Shown one piece after another: positions 22,189 through 32,140 of a DNA stretch of 64,000 nucleotides (position 1 is its first letter; each line of letters begins with the position of its first letter). The DNA is from Methanomicrobia archaeon. Lineage in GTDB: Archaea > Methanobacteriota_B > Thermococci > Methanofastidiosales > NM3. The notes beneath the pieces are model-generated. The model was not told where the DNA came from. It was given only the letters and a program-made list of their open reading frames with translations, and made no database searches. The stretch spans positions 42,656 to 106,655 of the forward strand of contig JAUVXU010000004.1 of NCBI GenBank assembly GCA_030603445.1, given 5' to 3'. The position numbers and the translations under genes are program-made.

Positions 22189-23079
22189 TTACTTAAGCCT
22201 CTTTATTATGTTCTTGTTTTTATATTTCTCCCGCACTATCGCACCGCGTTCCTCCATCTCTTGGAGCATTCGGGATATCTTGGCCTTTGAAAACTCGGTA
22301 CTGTCCACAATTTCCTTTTGTGTGATGGGGCCGTTTTTTATGAGTTTCCATATCTTGGCCTCATCAGTAGTAAAGCTTATGGAACCTTCTTTTGGTCTTC
22401 TGCTGTAACCAATATACAGCCCTATGGGTAAAAGCAATGCAAATGCTATAAAATAGTAGACAGGCGTCCCTTCATCCCTGCATTCCTTAATGCCAAGAAT
22501 GATATAAAATCCCCTTTCAACAAAAAGGCGTTCCCATCCCACAATAAACGAATCTCCGCTAGAGTAAATATCCGTCGGTGTCGGGACCATGGGCGCAACG
22601 ATGCACATATCTTCAGGGACGATGACGCGAATGCCAAACTTTTCCACTTCCGAGATAAAGTTAAAAGTAGGGGAGAACACGTACTTTTCACTATCTACCC
22701 TTGTTAGCACGGGAGCGATTAATTTAAGCATGACAACGTGCTCTCCCTCTTCTTCTATGACAAAAGAAAGGCGCGATACCTTGCCGATTTCTTCATAGTC
22801 ATGGCTGATCAAGACGTCATCAACGGTCACGGCAACATCCGACAGATGATAAGCGAATGAGAATGAGATGTCCCCGCTAGCAAATACATTTACTTTTGCG
22901 ATGATTACCTCTTCTGCATAACCATCTGAAAGGGGATATATGGTCGAGTCATAACTATTGATGGCATAACTCTCTTCTGCACTAACAAAAGGGAATGATA
23001 AAAATAATACCATCAAAATGAAAGCTGCATAAAAGCATTTCTTAATTGAGCCCACAGTTAATCTTTTAGATCCATTCAT
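22189..23079 (-). CDS. Membrane-anchored protein with extracellular domain and C-terminal winged HTH
   Basis: Signal-like N-terminus, TM near residues 205-225, ITQKEIV...FSKAKISRML..MEERG wHTH; start uncertain. Confidence 0.8.
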   Translation of the reverse strand: MNGSKRLTVGSIKKCFYAAFILMVLFLSFPFVSAEESYAINSYDSTIYPLSDGYAEEVIIAKVNVFASGDISFSFAYHLSDVAVTVDDVLISHDYEEIGKVSRLSFVIEEEGEHVVMLKLIAPVLTRVDSEKYVFSPTFNFISEVEKFGIRVIVPEDMCIVAPMVPTPTDIYSSGDSFIVGWERLFVERGFYIILGIKECRDEGTPVYYFIAFALLLPIGLYIGYSRRPKEGSISFTTDEAKIWKLIKNGPITQKEIVDSTEFSKAKISRMLQEMEERGAIVREKYKNKNIIKRLK

Positions 23080-23191
23080 ACACTCAACTGTTTTTATCTT
23101 TTATTTTCATCTGTTTACTATGGCACATTATTACTATCAAGTTAAACACAAGAATCGTGATATTTGAATATTAATATACTTTTCTATTCAC

Positions 23192-23300
23192 TGTTAGGAC
23201 AGAACTAAGTTGCGATTCTTATCATAAATTCCCAAACGTTACCTTGGTAGAAGAGCATATGTTGTCATTATAAAAGACGATTAGGTGTTTTGTCCCAACA
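23192..23300. mobile_element. MITE-like 109-bp element with imperfect 14-bp terminal inverted repeats
   Basis: TGTTAGGACAGAAC ... GTTTTGTCCCAACA (12/14 complementary), TG..CA ends, flanked by TATTCAC and TATTCAA. Confidence 0.5.
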
Positions 23301-23412
23301 TATTCAAGCCCCAAATTTTAAATTAATCTGAAAATAATTTAGTAACTCTTAAATATACTTACCTACGTATTTAGACGAAATAGTACCGCAAGAAATGAGG
23401 TGAGAAAAGAAT

Positions 23413-23880
23413 ATGGGGTATGAATCTGTTAAAAAAATGTGGTCAGACTATCTTCTTTCACTTAGTGAAGATTCAGAAAACACTATCAAGGAATACTCTG
23501 TATGGCATTTCTGTAATGACGAAAAATCTGCGAATGAACTTGCAAAATTAGTAAAACTAGGAATTAAAAGAGCTACAACTTCTTCTTTATGGGCGCTTGA
23601 ACACGATAATGAATCAATTCCACATGTTGGAGAATATAGTGTAATCATTGATTGGAATGGTAAAGCACAATGTATTATACAAACAACTAAGGTAGATATT
23701 ATCCCATTTAGTGAAGTATCATCAGAATTCGCAGAAATGGAGGGGGAGGGAGATAAGTCTTTATTTTACTGGAGAGAAGTTCACAAAAAGTTTTTTGCTG
23801 AAGAATTAGAAAGTATTGGGCTTAAATTTTCTGAAGAAATGCCTGTTGTTTGTGAGGAGTTTAAAGTAATATTTCAATAG
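23413..23880 (+). CDS. ASCH-domain protein
   Basis: LAKLVKLGIKRATTS, AEMEGEGDKSL.YWR..H, VVCEEF; visibly AT-richer than neighbouring genes. Confidence 0.9.
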   Translation: MGYESVKKMWSDYLLSLSEDSENTIKEYSVWHFCNDEKSANELAKLVKLGIKRATTSSLWALEHDNESIPHVGEYSVIIDWNGKAQCIIQTTKVDIIPFSEVSSEFAEMEGEGDKSLFYWREVHKKFFAEELESIGLKFSEEMPVVCEEFKVIFQ

Positions 23881-23917
23881 AAAATGCAGTATTATCTTGT
23901 CTAGCAGACAATATGCT

Positions 23918-23936
23918 ATTAGGTTTTTGTCCCAAC
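23918..23936 (+). repeat. Second copy of the right end of the MITE-like element
   Basis: ATTAGGTTTTTGTCCCAAC vs ATTAGGTGTTTTGTCCCAAC at 23280-23299. Confidence 0.6.
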
Positions 23937-24094
23937 GCCTTTCTATTTAATAGGCATTAAGGCATAATTATTCTTCACAACAGTTTGCTATTATAGAATT
24001 AAAGCTAATATCGGGCTTTCTTGTAAAAGAGAAGCTGACGAAAAATAGTGCGAATTATTCTTAAATTTTTAATAATAAAAAAAGAAAAGGGATA

Positions 24095-25327
24095 TTAAGG
24101 TTTCCCTTTTCCGTTGTTTTCCTTGTCCGTATTGCCCTTGCCCTTTCCGTTGTTTTCCTTGTCGTTACCGCCATTAGAATCATTAGTGCTAACATTGTGC
24201 AGTATTTCTTTTGCCTTGATAAGCTCATTTAGTGCGGACTCGTAATCGCCTGCATCATAGTACTGCTGGGCGTTTGTGATAAGCCCATCTACCTGGGACA
24301 GCATATCTGCTACTTCCGGATAATCTACTAAAGTATCTCCATATGATTCATAAGCTGCGTCACGCTTATCTGAAACTTCGGCTATCCAGTCAAGTGCCTT
24401 TTGTGCAAGATTTCCTAGCATAGTCCCAGAGGAATCTCCCTCTTCAGAACTTGAATCAAGTATCCTAATAGCGTTGTTTGCCAATGTGTTTGCAGCGTTT
24501 GAAAGACCATACGCCCTACCGTATTTTCCTTCCTCCATAGCGGCAATAGCACGTTCGAGTTTATTAACTGCATTTGCAGATAGAACCATTACGGCCGTTG
24601 ATGGGTTGTCTGTAATGCTTGCTAGAAGCGCATTAATAGATTCCTCTGCAAGAGAGATCATCTCCTGTGCACGGGCCATGACATCTACATCGACTACATC
24701 CTCTTCTTCTGGCTCGTCTTCTGGATCTTCAGGCTCTTCCTCGTCTTCGCCATCAGCGCCTAGTGCAAGCGAATACGACGTGATGCCCTCTTTTTTAAGC
24801 TTTCCTTTCGTCTCATTCGAAACTTCATTTCCGTTTATGAAAATGATTGGGCACCCTGCCTTGAAGCTCTCGTTTAAAGCTGTGGCAATCGCATTCTCGT
24901 CTCCCCCGTTTGCTACAACAACTTTATTTTTCAATGAGTATCTATTAATCAGCCCTTCCATTGCCATGAAGCTTGTTTCCTTGCGATCTTCGCCGCCAAT
25001 TCGTACCACGTCCAAGCCTGCTAATGCGCTTTCATACTCAGAAACCACAGCCATTGGCCCCCCCAATATAAGAACTTGTGAAGGGCATAGCTGCGCGATT
25101 GCATCAGCCACGCTGGGTACAAACTGGCCCCATTCTGTATAAAATATGATTACATCTTCAATCTGATTCGCTATACTTTCAGCTACAGCGGAATCTGCAA
25201 GATTATTTGAAACCAATAAAACAGTAGTTTCGGATGAATCATCAGCAAAAGCTACAGGAATAGTGCTTCCAAGTAATAATACCATAAACACCAATGAAAT
25301 AATCAATTTTCTTATTTTTATCACCAA
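24095..25327 (-). CDS. Secreted protein with cell-wall-binding-2-like domain, acidic linker and helical bundles
   Basis: Signal peptide; LVSNNLAD, ILGGPMAV, RIGGEDRKET; acidic linker; GKYGRAYG helix; DKENNGKGK repeated twice at the C-terminus. Confidence 0.8.
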   Translation of the reverse strand: MVIKIRKLIISLVFMVLLLGSTIPVAFADDSSETTVLLVSNNLADSAVAESIANQIEDVIIFYTEWGQFVPSVADAIAQLCPSQVLILGGPMAVVSEYESALAGLDVVRIGGEDRKETSFMAMEGLINRYSLKNKVVVANGGDENAIATALNESFKAGCPIIFINGNEVSNETKGKLKKEGITSYSLALGADGEDEEEPEDPEDEPEEEDVVDVDVMARAQEMISLAEESINALLASITDNPSTAVMVLSANAVNKLERAIAAMEEGKYGRAYGLSNAANTLANNAIRILDSSSEEGDSSGTMLGNLAQKALDWIAEVSDKRDAAYESYGDTLVDYPEVADMLSQVDGLITNAQQYYDAGDYESALNELIKAKEILHNVSTNDSNGGNDKENNGKGKGNTDKENNGKGKP

Positions 25328-25586
25328 ATACCAATAAATAAATTGTTGTATTTAAGATTTTTCGTTGAAACAATCATGTATTCTAAAAAAAATAAAAATT
25401 ATTAATATTTAAATAATTTTACAATAGTTTTAACTTGTTTCAAGTTGTTCATACCACATAAATACTAGTTATTTTTGGATATATGGGCCATATTATGTTT
25501 TATTTATAATATGGTATAATATCTGCACGTTTCTTGTTCGAAAAAGAGAATCATAAGAAATCAATGTTATTTAATGAGCAACGCCG

Positions 25587-26891
25587 CTAATCCTTTTCGA
25601 TCAAGGGGGCGGTAAAATAAAAGGTTGCTCCCTTTCCCATTTCACTTTCCACCCACAGTTTTCCATCTATCTTTTCGACCATCTTCTTGACCGTTGCCAG
25701 CCCGATCCCGGTTCCTTTTTCCTTCTTGTCGCCCAATCTCTCAAACAACATGAATATCTTGTCAACATAGCGCATATCAATGCCTATCCCATTATCCTTT
25801 ATAGAGAATAGGTATCCCGATGGTTCCTCTTCTATAGTGACCGTGATTTGTACATCGTCGTCGTCTTTCGAAAACTTTATAGCGTTTGTCAACAGATTGC
25901 CTATAATAAGTGAAAAAACAAGTTTTGAGTTGTATATTGTAGATATATCGCTCTCTATATTGAACTTGACATTCTTGTAAGGAAACATATCACGTGCGCG
26001 ATTGTACTCCTCTGTAATCAAATTGCATATGTCGAACTCTTCCTTTCTTGTAGAGCTTTTCTGGATATTGTAGTAGGATACCAGATCATTTAACAGCCGA
26101 TTCATCTTGTTAGCATTGCCTATCAGGCGTTTTATTACTTCTTTCGTATCCTCAGACAATTCAAAACCAATATCTTCCACAAGAATTTCAATTAATGCCC
26201 TAATCGATACAAGTGGCGTCTTGAGATCGTGCGTTAACGAGGAGATATATGTTTGGAGCTCAAAGTTTTGTTCCTCAAGCTGCTTTGTCTTGTGCTCTAT
26301 CTCAATTGCCAGGCGTTTGTTAAAGTCCTTTTGTTTCCCAAATACCTGGGCATTTCGTATGGCAATGGATACTTGATTGGCAAAAAGCTCTAACATCCTT
26401 ATGTCTTCGATATCAGGGGCTTTTCCATCAATGGGATTATCCACATTGAGAATGCCCAACCATCTGTTCTTTGCGCGTATTGGGATCATGAGAAAATCAT
26501 CGCCCTGCCATTTAGACAGGTCCTCATAAACACCATTTCCTATAAGCATCCTCTCTTTAATTTGCTTTGGAACGATGTCCATATGATTGGACATCTCCCG
26601 CGCATAAAAAGAATTGGATATCTTAAACTCAGGTATCTTATACCACTGCGTCCATGCAGAAGGAGAGGACTTTAATATTTTCTCCCTGATATTGTCCGGC
26701 ATGCCCCTTGCAGCCATAGGGCGCGATATCTTCGTTCCCTCGCTGCGAAGCACAATAACTGCCTGCCCCCATCCAAGATTCTTTGTAACAGCAAGGCATA
26801 TTATATCCAATAGTTCGCTAATATCAAGATTAGCACGCATTTTTTCAGAGATTTCTAATATCTTAAGTAAAAGATCTTGGTAATTTCTCAC
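25587..26891 (-). CDS. GAF-domain sensor histidine kinase (cytoplasmic)
   Basis: GAF (LFANQVSIAIRNA), THDLKTPL H-box, NLLTNAIK, DNGIGI, GTGIGL. Confidence 0.92.
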   Translation of the reverse strand: MRNYQDLLLKILEISEKMRANLDISELLDIICLAVTKNLGWGQAVIVLRSEGTKISRPMAARGMPDNIREKILKSSPSAWTQWYKIPEFKISNSFYAREMSNHMDIVPKQIKERMLIGNGVYEDLSKWQGDDFLMIPIRAKNRWLGILNVDNPIDGKAPDIEDIRMLELFANQVSIAIRNAQVFGKQKDFNKRLAIEIEHKTKQLEEQNFELQTYISSLTHDLKTPLVSIRALIEILVEDIGFELSEDTKEVIKRLIGNANKMNRLLNDLVSYYNIQKSSTRKEEFDICNLITEEYNRARDMFPYKNVKFNIESDISTIYNSKLVFSLIIGNLLTNAIKFSKDDDDVQITVTIEEEPSGYLFSIKDNGIGIDMRYVDKIFMLFERLGDKKEKGTGIGLATVKKMVEKIDGKLWVESEMGKGATFYFTAPLIEKD

Positions 26892-27017
26892 AATATTTGT
26901 TTTGTAATCTTACATATATACTTTTCTGCATAATAGTTTAGTATATTAATACCAAAAAACAAATATATTTTAATATAATAAAATATATAAAATATTTCCG
27001 TTTATTCATCAAAATTA

Positions 27018-29117
27018 TTATATCAATGTGGAATTCCCTGTAGTGCGCAAATCATCCTTCTCTGAGACCATTATGCCAACTTCCTTTTTTATATTAACAG
27101 CGGTTTTTCTGCCCAATATTCTCTCAAGTCGGCCAAGAGGAGCTTTTCTTATGTCGCCTTTTGTACGTATATTCAAGTTATAGAGTTTTCGAGCACGCAC
27201 ACGCCCTATCCCTTTTATCAGTGTTAGCTCCAGAAGGTCGGGGCCAACACCATTTTTTATCCTGAACACAATTTTATACAAATCATCATGGGAGTAATTG
27301 AACGTTTTTGCGATCTCCTTGAACGCATATGATATCCACTCAGCATTTTCGCGTATCCTTATCAAATCGCCTGGCCCAATATCATACTTTTCACATATAT
27401 TGCGCTCCGGCACCTCAGATATCCAGTCCAGCAAAACTGAGGCTGTCTTCACTTCAGAAAGGAAGAACTCATACTTATCTGGTTCATACCAGGAGTCGGG
27501 GACCTCAATTAGAAAATCATCTTTCATCTCGTGCACTAAAAAGTCATAATCCTCAAACTCCCCTTTTCTCAAATAGAACGTGGGCATGTCGGGTGTATGA
27601 CAAATAGCATGAAGCATTCCGAGAATCTGCATGTTTTCTTTTAATGCACCCTTAAGGCATATTCCTGAAAGCGGATCTATATACAGGTCATTTACCCTTT
27701 TTCCAAATAGCGTTGACCTAATTATTTCTTCACCCTCCACCAAGGCATGTTCCTGGAGAAATTCTAACGTTAAGGCAACCTTTTCCATAACAGTATCTGT
27801 GCCAAACTGATGCGAATAGAACGTCTTTTCAAAAAATGCATATAGGTCCTTGGATGTCGTTTCAGGGTTGCACAAAGAAAGAACATGTCTGCGAAGGGCG
27901 TCTTCTGAGGAAAGCTTGGAAGTTATACGCTCGGTCGGGGCGTTGATATACGTATCAAATAGCATTGTGCACTGGGACGGGGACTTTGCCATTAGTATGG
28001 CCTCCCCATATGTATCAAAGCGCGGCCTTCCTGCACGACCCATCATCTGCTGTATTTCAAGATTTGAAATAGGTCTATTTCCAAGATTTATATCAAATCG
28101 CCGCCAATCCCTAACGACAACCCTTCGTGCAGGGAGATTTATGCCTGCTGCAAGTGTTGGTGTGGCAACGATTACGCGTATCACGCCCTTTTTAAAAAGC
28201 TCCTCGACAAGCGCCCTATCCTCTCGAGCCATTCCCGCATGATGAAATGCAACACCGCCACTTAAACACTCCACAAGCTTATCTCCCAGCTGGGAATCAG
28301 ACGCCGAATGCGCATCGCAGCTTTCGCCTTGTTTCTTATTGTAGAGTGCTATACGTCTTGCCACAGCCTGTGTGGAACGGCGCGAGTTCACAAAGACCAA
28401 CACCTGCCCGTCATCGCGCATACCGTCTGCCACAAGGGACAGGGTATCATCAACCAAAGGCTTAATGGCATGCAGAGAATTGTCATCATATGTTATGCTG
28501 TTTTCGGAAAAAACACCTTTTTTCAGCGTGACCGGACGCCAGTCCGAAACCACAAGCTCTGCACCAAGCCACTCTGCAATTTCAGAAGCATTTGATATTG
28601 TAGCAGATAGTGCCACTATCTGCTTATGCTTCATCTTTACCATCACGACTTCAAGAGTAGGGCCGCGATTAACGGAATGAAGCAAATGGACCTCGTCTAC
28701 GACAAACAAAGATACATCATCAAACATACGCATCTGATGGCGCATAAGAGAATCAAACTTCTCCGAAGTTGTCACGACAACATCAAAATCCCTGAGCCAT
28801 GTGCCGCCTGAATCATAGTCCCCTAAGGAGAGGGCCACATTCAGTCCTATCTGCTTGAGCTCCCTAAACTTCTCCTCTGCCAAAGCCTTGAGAGGAACTA
28901 CATATATTGCCTTTTTACCGCGCTGTATGCAGCGAATTATCGCAAGATAAGCAAGCAGTGTCTTGCCGGATGCCGTAGGGATTGCCACCACAATATTTTT
29001 CCCCTCTAAAAAACCAGTCTTAAGCGCATCCTCCTGGGGGGGAAAGAACGAGGTATATCCCATCTTTTCAAATCGCGAAATGAATTCTTGTGATAGGCCA
29101 ATATCCCTCATATCCAT
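27018..29117 (-). CDS. hel308: ATP-dependent DNA helicase Hel308/Hjm
   Basis: PTASGKT, DEVH, LSAT, FHHAG, QMMGRAGR, GIGRVRAR. Confidence 0.94.
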   Translation of the reverse strand: MDMRDIGLSQEFISRFEKMGYTSFFPPQEDALKTGFLEGKNIVVAIPTASGKTLLAYLAIIRCIQRGKKAIYVVPLKALAEEKFRELKQIGLNVALSLGDYDSGGTWLRDFDVVVTTSEKFDSLMRHQMRMFDDVSLFVVDEVHLLHSVNRGPTLEVVMVKMKHKQIVALSATISNASEIAEWLGAELVVSDWRPVTLKKGVFSENSITYDDNSLHAIKPLVDDTLSLVADGMRDDGQVLVFVNSRRSTQAVARRIALYNKKQGESCDAHSASDSQLGDKLVECLSGGVAFHHAGMAREDRALVEELFKKGVIRVIVATPTLAAGINLPARRVVVRDWRRFDINLGNRPISNLEIQQMMGRAGRPRFDTYGEAILMAKSPSQCTMLFDTYINAPTERITSKLSSEDALRRHVLSLCNPETTSKDLYAFFEKTFYSHQFGTDTVMEKVALTLEFLQEHALVEGEEIIRSTLFGKRVNDLYIDPLSGICLKGALKENMQILGMLHAICHTPDMPTFYLRKGEFEDYDFLVHEMKDDFLIEVPDSWYEPDKYEFFLSEVKTASVLLDWISEVPERNICEKYDIGPGDLIRIRENAEWISYAFKEIAKTFNYSHDDLYKIVFRIKNGVGPDLLELTLIKGIGRVRARKLYNLNIRTKGDIRKAPLGRLERILGRKTAVNIKKEVGIMVSEKDDLRTTGNSTLI

Positions 29118-29163
29118 ACATAAATTTAAATAATGAATATTAAAAACATTTGCAGGGATTTTT

Positions 29164-30465
29164 ATGTTGCAATATGAATATGAGGATTACGAAATACGTG
29201 ATCTCTGGGCTCGTGAGGTCCTTGACTCTAGAGGCAACCCCACCGTAGAGGTGGAAGTGGCTACAGAAGAGGGCCACGGAAAGGCCATAGTGCCCTCAGG
29301 TGCATCCACAGGAACGTATGAAGCACTAGAACTGCGCGACGGAGGGACACGCTTTAGAGGATACGGCGTACTTGACGCTGTTGCCAACGTCAATGATATA
29401 CTCTCAGATGTTGTAATAGGGCTAGATGTCACGAATCAGCAGGAGATAGACTCAAAAATTATTGCCAAAGATAACACGGACGACAAGTCACGCCTTGGTG
29501 CAAACGCCATACTAAGTGTTTCAATGGCATGTGCAGCATGTGCAGCTGACACCACAAAAACCCATCTTTACCAGTACCTTGGCGGAGGGCAAGCACACAT
29601 CTTGCCAGTTCCGATGGCAAACGTGCTAAATGCCGGGAAGCATGGCGCATCAGAACTTGAGATACAGGAGTTCATGATCATGCCGACAGGCACCAAATCT
29701 TTCTCAAAGGCCGTGCGTGCAATATCTGAAACCTACCATCAATTGAAGATTATCGTTGCAAAAAAATATGGGAAAATAAGCACTTGTGTTGGCGATGAAG
29801 GAGGATACTCCCCCCCACTGACATCTGTTGAAGAACCACTTGACATGCTAGTTGAAGCCATCAATGCATCAGGATACAAAAACACTATGAAAATAGCAAT
29901 AGACGCTGCTGCAAACGAGTTTTATAACAAGGAAAAAGGAACCTACACATTAGAAGGAAAAGATGTGTCAAAGGAAGACCTAATAGAAAGGTACATCAGC
30001 CTGACCAGGTCATACCCCCTGGTATCTATAGAAGACCCATTTGCTGAAGACGACTTCGAAAGCTTCATCACCCTCACAAAAGAAATAGGAAAAAAGGTGC
30101 AAATCGTCGGCGATGACATCTTTGTTACCAATCCGGAGAGGATACGAAGAGGCATAAGGGATAATGCAGCAAACGCGCTGTTGCTAAAAGTAAACCAGAT
30201 AGGCACTGTCACCGAAACGCTTGATGCAGCCACAATGGCAATGCGCAGTGGGTGGGGCGTCGTAGTATCCCACAGGTCAGGCGAAACTGAGGACACTTTC
30301 ATTGCAGACCTTTCAGTTGCAATTAACTGCGGGCAGATAAAGACGGGTGCGCCGTGCAGGGGAGAGCGAACTGCAAAATACAATCGTCTGCTTCGTATCG
30401 AGGAGCACTTAGGGGACAAAGCACGCTATGCGGGGAAAAACTTCAGGAACCCATTAGGGGTCTGA
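29164..30465 (+). CDS. eno: Enolase
   Basis: DSRGNPTVE, PSGASTG, GDEGG, LLKVNQIG, SHRSGET. Confidence 0.97.
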   Translation: MLQYEYEDYEIRDLWAREVLDSRGNPTVEVEVATEEGHGKAIVPSGASTGTYEALELRDGGTRFRGYGVLDAVANVNDILSDVVIGLDVTNQQEIDSKIIAKDNTDDKSRLGANAILSVSMACAACAADTTKTHLYQYLGGGQAHILPVPMANVLNAGKHGASELEIQEFMIMPTGTKSFSKAVRAISETYHQLKIIVAKKYGKISTCVGDEGGYSPPLTSVEEPLDMLVEAINASGYKNTMKIAIDAAANEFYNKEKGTYTLEGKDVSKEDLIERYISLTRSYPLVSIEDPFAEDDFESFITLTKEIGKKVQIVGDDIFVTNPERIRRGIRDNAANALLLKVNQIGTVTETLDAATMAMRSGWGVVVSHRSGETEDTFIADLSVAINCGQIKTGAPCRGERTAKYNRLLRIEEHLGDKARYAGKNFRNPLGV

Positions 30466-30521
30466 ATGTTTTTATTTTTTGTGCCAACATAATATTTTTA
30501 AAGTATATCCAAGAACTTTGG

Positions 30522-30583
30522 ATGATGGATGATGATATCGACAGCGTCTGATAGATGATGAGAGATGGGCGGTCTGACATCAT
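30522..30583 (+). ncRNA. Box C/D 2'-O-methylation guide sRNA; D guide predicted to target the 16S rRNA C1402 equivalent
   Basis: C ATGATGA 30529-35, D' CTGA 30548-51, C' ATGATGA 30555-61, D CTGA 30574-77, 12-nt guides, terminal stem ATGATG/CATCAT, TTTTTAAA box about 25 nt upstream. Confidence 0.88.
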
Positions 30584-30757
30584 ATACAATTAAAACTTGA
30601 AAATAAGCAATAATTAAATACAAAATAATGTCTATAATTATCATATAATATATTATTATAGGCACATTGACATATATATAAGGAAAATATTTATAAAATG
30701 AATATTTTTCCTTATTAAATATATATCTTAATATAATTTAAAGAGAGGAGACATGAA

Positions 30758-32140
30758 ATGAACGAAAATAGGGTTGTCCTAAAATTCGGCGGGACATCAG
30801 TAGGCAACTCTGAGAATATGGGCAAGGCAATTGATAAGATACTCAAAGCCAAGACACAGTATGAAGAAGTGGTAGTGGTGCTCTCAGCAATTACTGGCGT
30901 GACAAATCTATTGATACATGCCGGAAGAAGCGCCCTATACAAAAAACCACAAGACACCCTACTAAAACTAAAAGAAAAGCACTATGAGGCCTGTGAAATA
31001 ATACCTGACACCAAAATAAAGATGCAGACCATATTAGAGATAGATGATAAGCTCTCAGAACTTGAGAAGATACTCACAGGGATTTATTATGTAGGGGAGG
31101 TCACACCTCGCTCACTCGATTACATCGTTTCATTTGGCGAACGCCTATCAACACTCATAGTTTCTCGTGCGATTAAAGCAAGAAGCGTGAAAAGCGAACA
31201 TATAGATTCTGCAGAAATCGTTATCACGGACGAAAACTTCGTGAACGCAAATGTGGATTTTGAGAAAACACAAGAAAGGGCAAACGGAAGAATAGAACCC
31301 TTGCTAAAACAAGACATCATCCCAATTATAACTGGATTTATAGGGGCCAGCAAGAACGGGCAGCGCACAACGCTAGGAAGGGGCGGCTCAGACTATTCTG
31401 CAGCCATCTTCGCAGACGTGCTAAATGCAAAAGAGATATGGATAATGACAGATGTCGATGGCGTCATGTCCTGTGACCCGCGCCTTGTAAAAGATGCCTA
31501 CCTTCTCCATGATCTTTCCTACTTGGAAGCTATGGAACTGGCCTACTTCGGCGCAAAGGTAATCCACCCTAAAACGCTGGAAGCGGCCATGCGCAAAAAT
31601 ATACCAATCTATATAAAAAACACATTCTCCAACTCAAAAGGGACCCTTGTCACATCTGCTAAAGAAGGACAAGAACGCAAGGTAAAATCAATATCCCTCC
31701 TAACGGATGCATCGATAATTGAGATAAAGGGATACGGCCTTGGAAAGACAACAAAGGTCATGAAGGAGATTTTCAGGGAAATGGAGGAGGAACAGATAAA
31801 CATTATGATGGTAACACAAGGATCGTCCCAAGCAAACGTCTCATTTGTTGTACCATCAGAGGAAGTGAAGAACGTCAAGAATCTCCTAGCAAAAGAATAT
31901 TATGATAGATTCAACGTCATAAACAACGTTGCGCTGGTAAGCATCGTTGGTGAAGGCATGAGCCAGACCGCCGGTATGGCTGCACGATTCTTCAATGCTG
32001 TTGCAGATAAGGGCGTGAACAATCTCATGATCTCGCAAGGCTCCTCAGAAGTCGCCATAAATGTCGCTGTGCGAGCAGAGGACATGCAAAAGGCCGTGCA
32101 GGCCATACACAGCGAGTTCTTGTCGGCGGAGAATGAATGA
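30758..32140 (+). CDS. lysC: Aspartate kinase with two ACT domains
   Basis: KFGGTSV, SFGERLS, TLGRGGSDYSA, TDVDG, ELAYFGAKVIHP. Confidence 0.95.
   Translation: MNENRVVLKFGGTSVGNSENMGKAIDKILKAKTQYEEVVVVLSAITGVTNLLIHAGRSALYKKPQDTLLKLKEKHYEACEIIPDTKIKMQTILEIDDKLSELEKILTGIYYVGEVTPRSLDYIVSFGERLSTLIVSRAIKARSVKSEHIDSAEIVITDENFVNANVDFEKTQERANGRIEPLLKQDIIPIITGFIGASKNGQRTTLGRGGSDYSAAIFADVLNAKEIWIMTDVDGVMSCDPRLVKDAYLLHDLSYLEAMELAYFGAKVIHPKTLEAAMRKNIPIYIKNTFSNSKGTLVTSAKEGQERKVKSISLLTDASIIEIKGYGLGKTTKVMKEIFREMEEEQINIMMVTQGSSQANVSFVVPSEEVKNVKNLLAKEYYDRFNVINNVALVSIVGEGMSQTAGMAARFFNAVADKGVNNLMISQGSSEVAINVAVRAEDMQKAVQAIHSEFLSAENE

Noticed and set aside
24474..25142. Long antisense ORFs (this 222-aa one, 39236-39859, 61337-61936 and many shorter ones)
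   Set aside because: They are shadow frames opposite well-supported genes, with Ser/Thr/Pro-rich composition and no recognisable motifs.
30466..30757. Thr-rich attenuator leader peptide before the threonine operon
   Set aside because: No Thr/Ile-rich short ORF is present; the structured part is explained by a C/D box sRNA.
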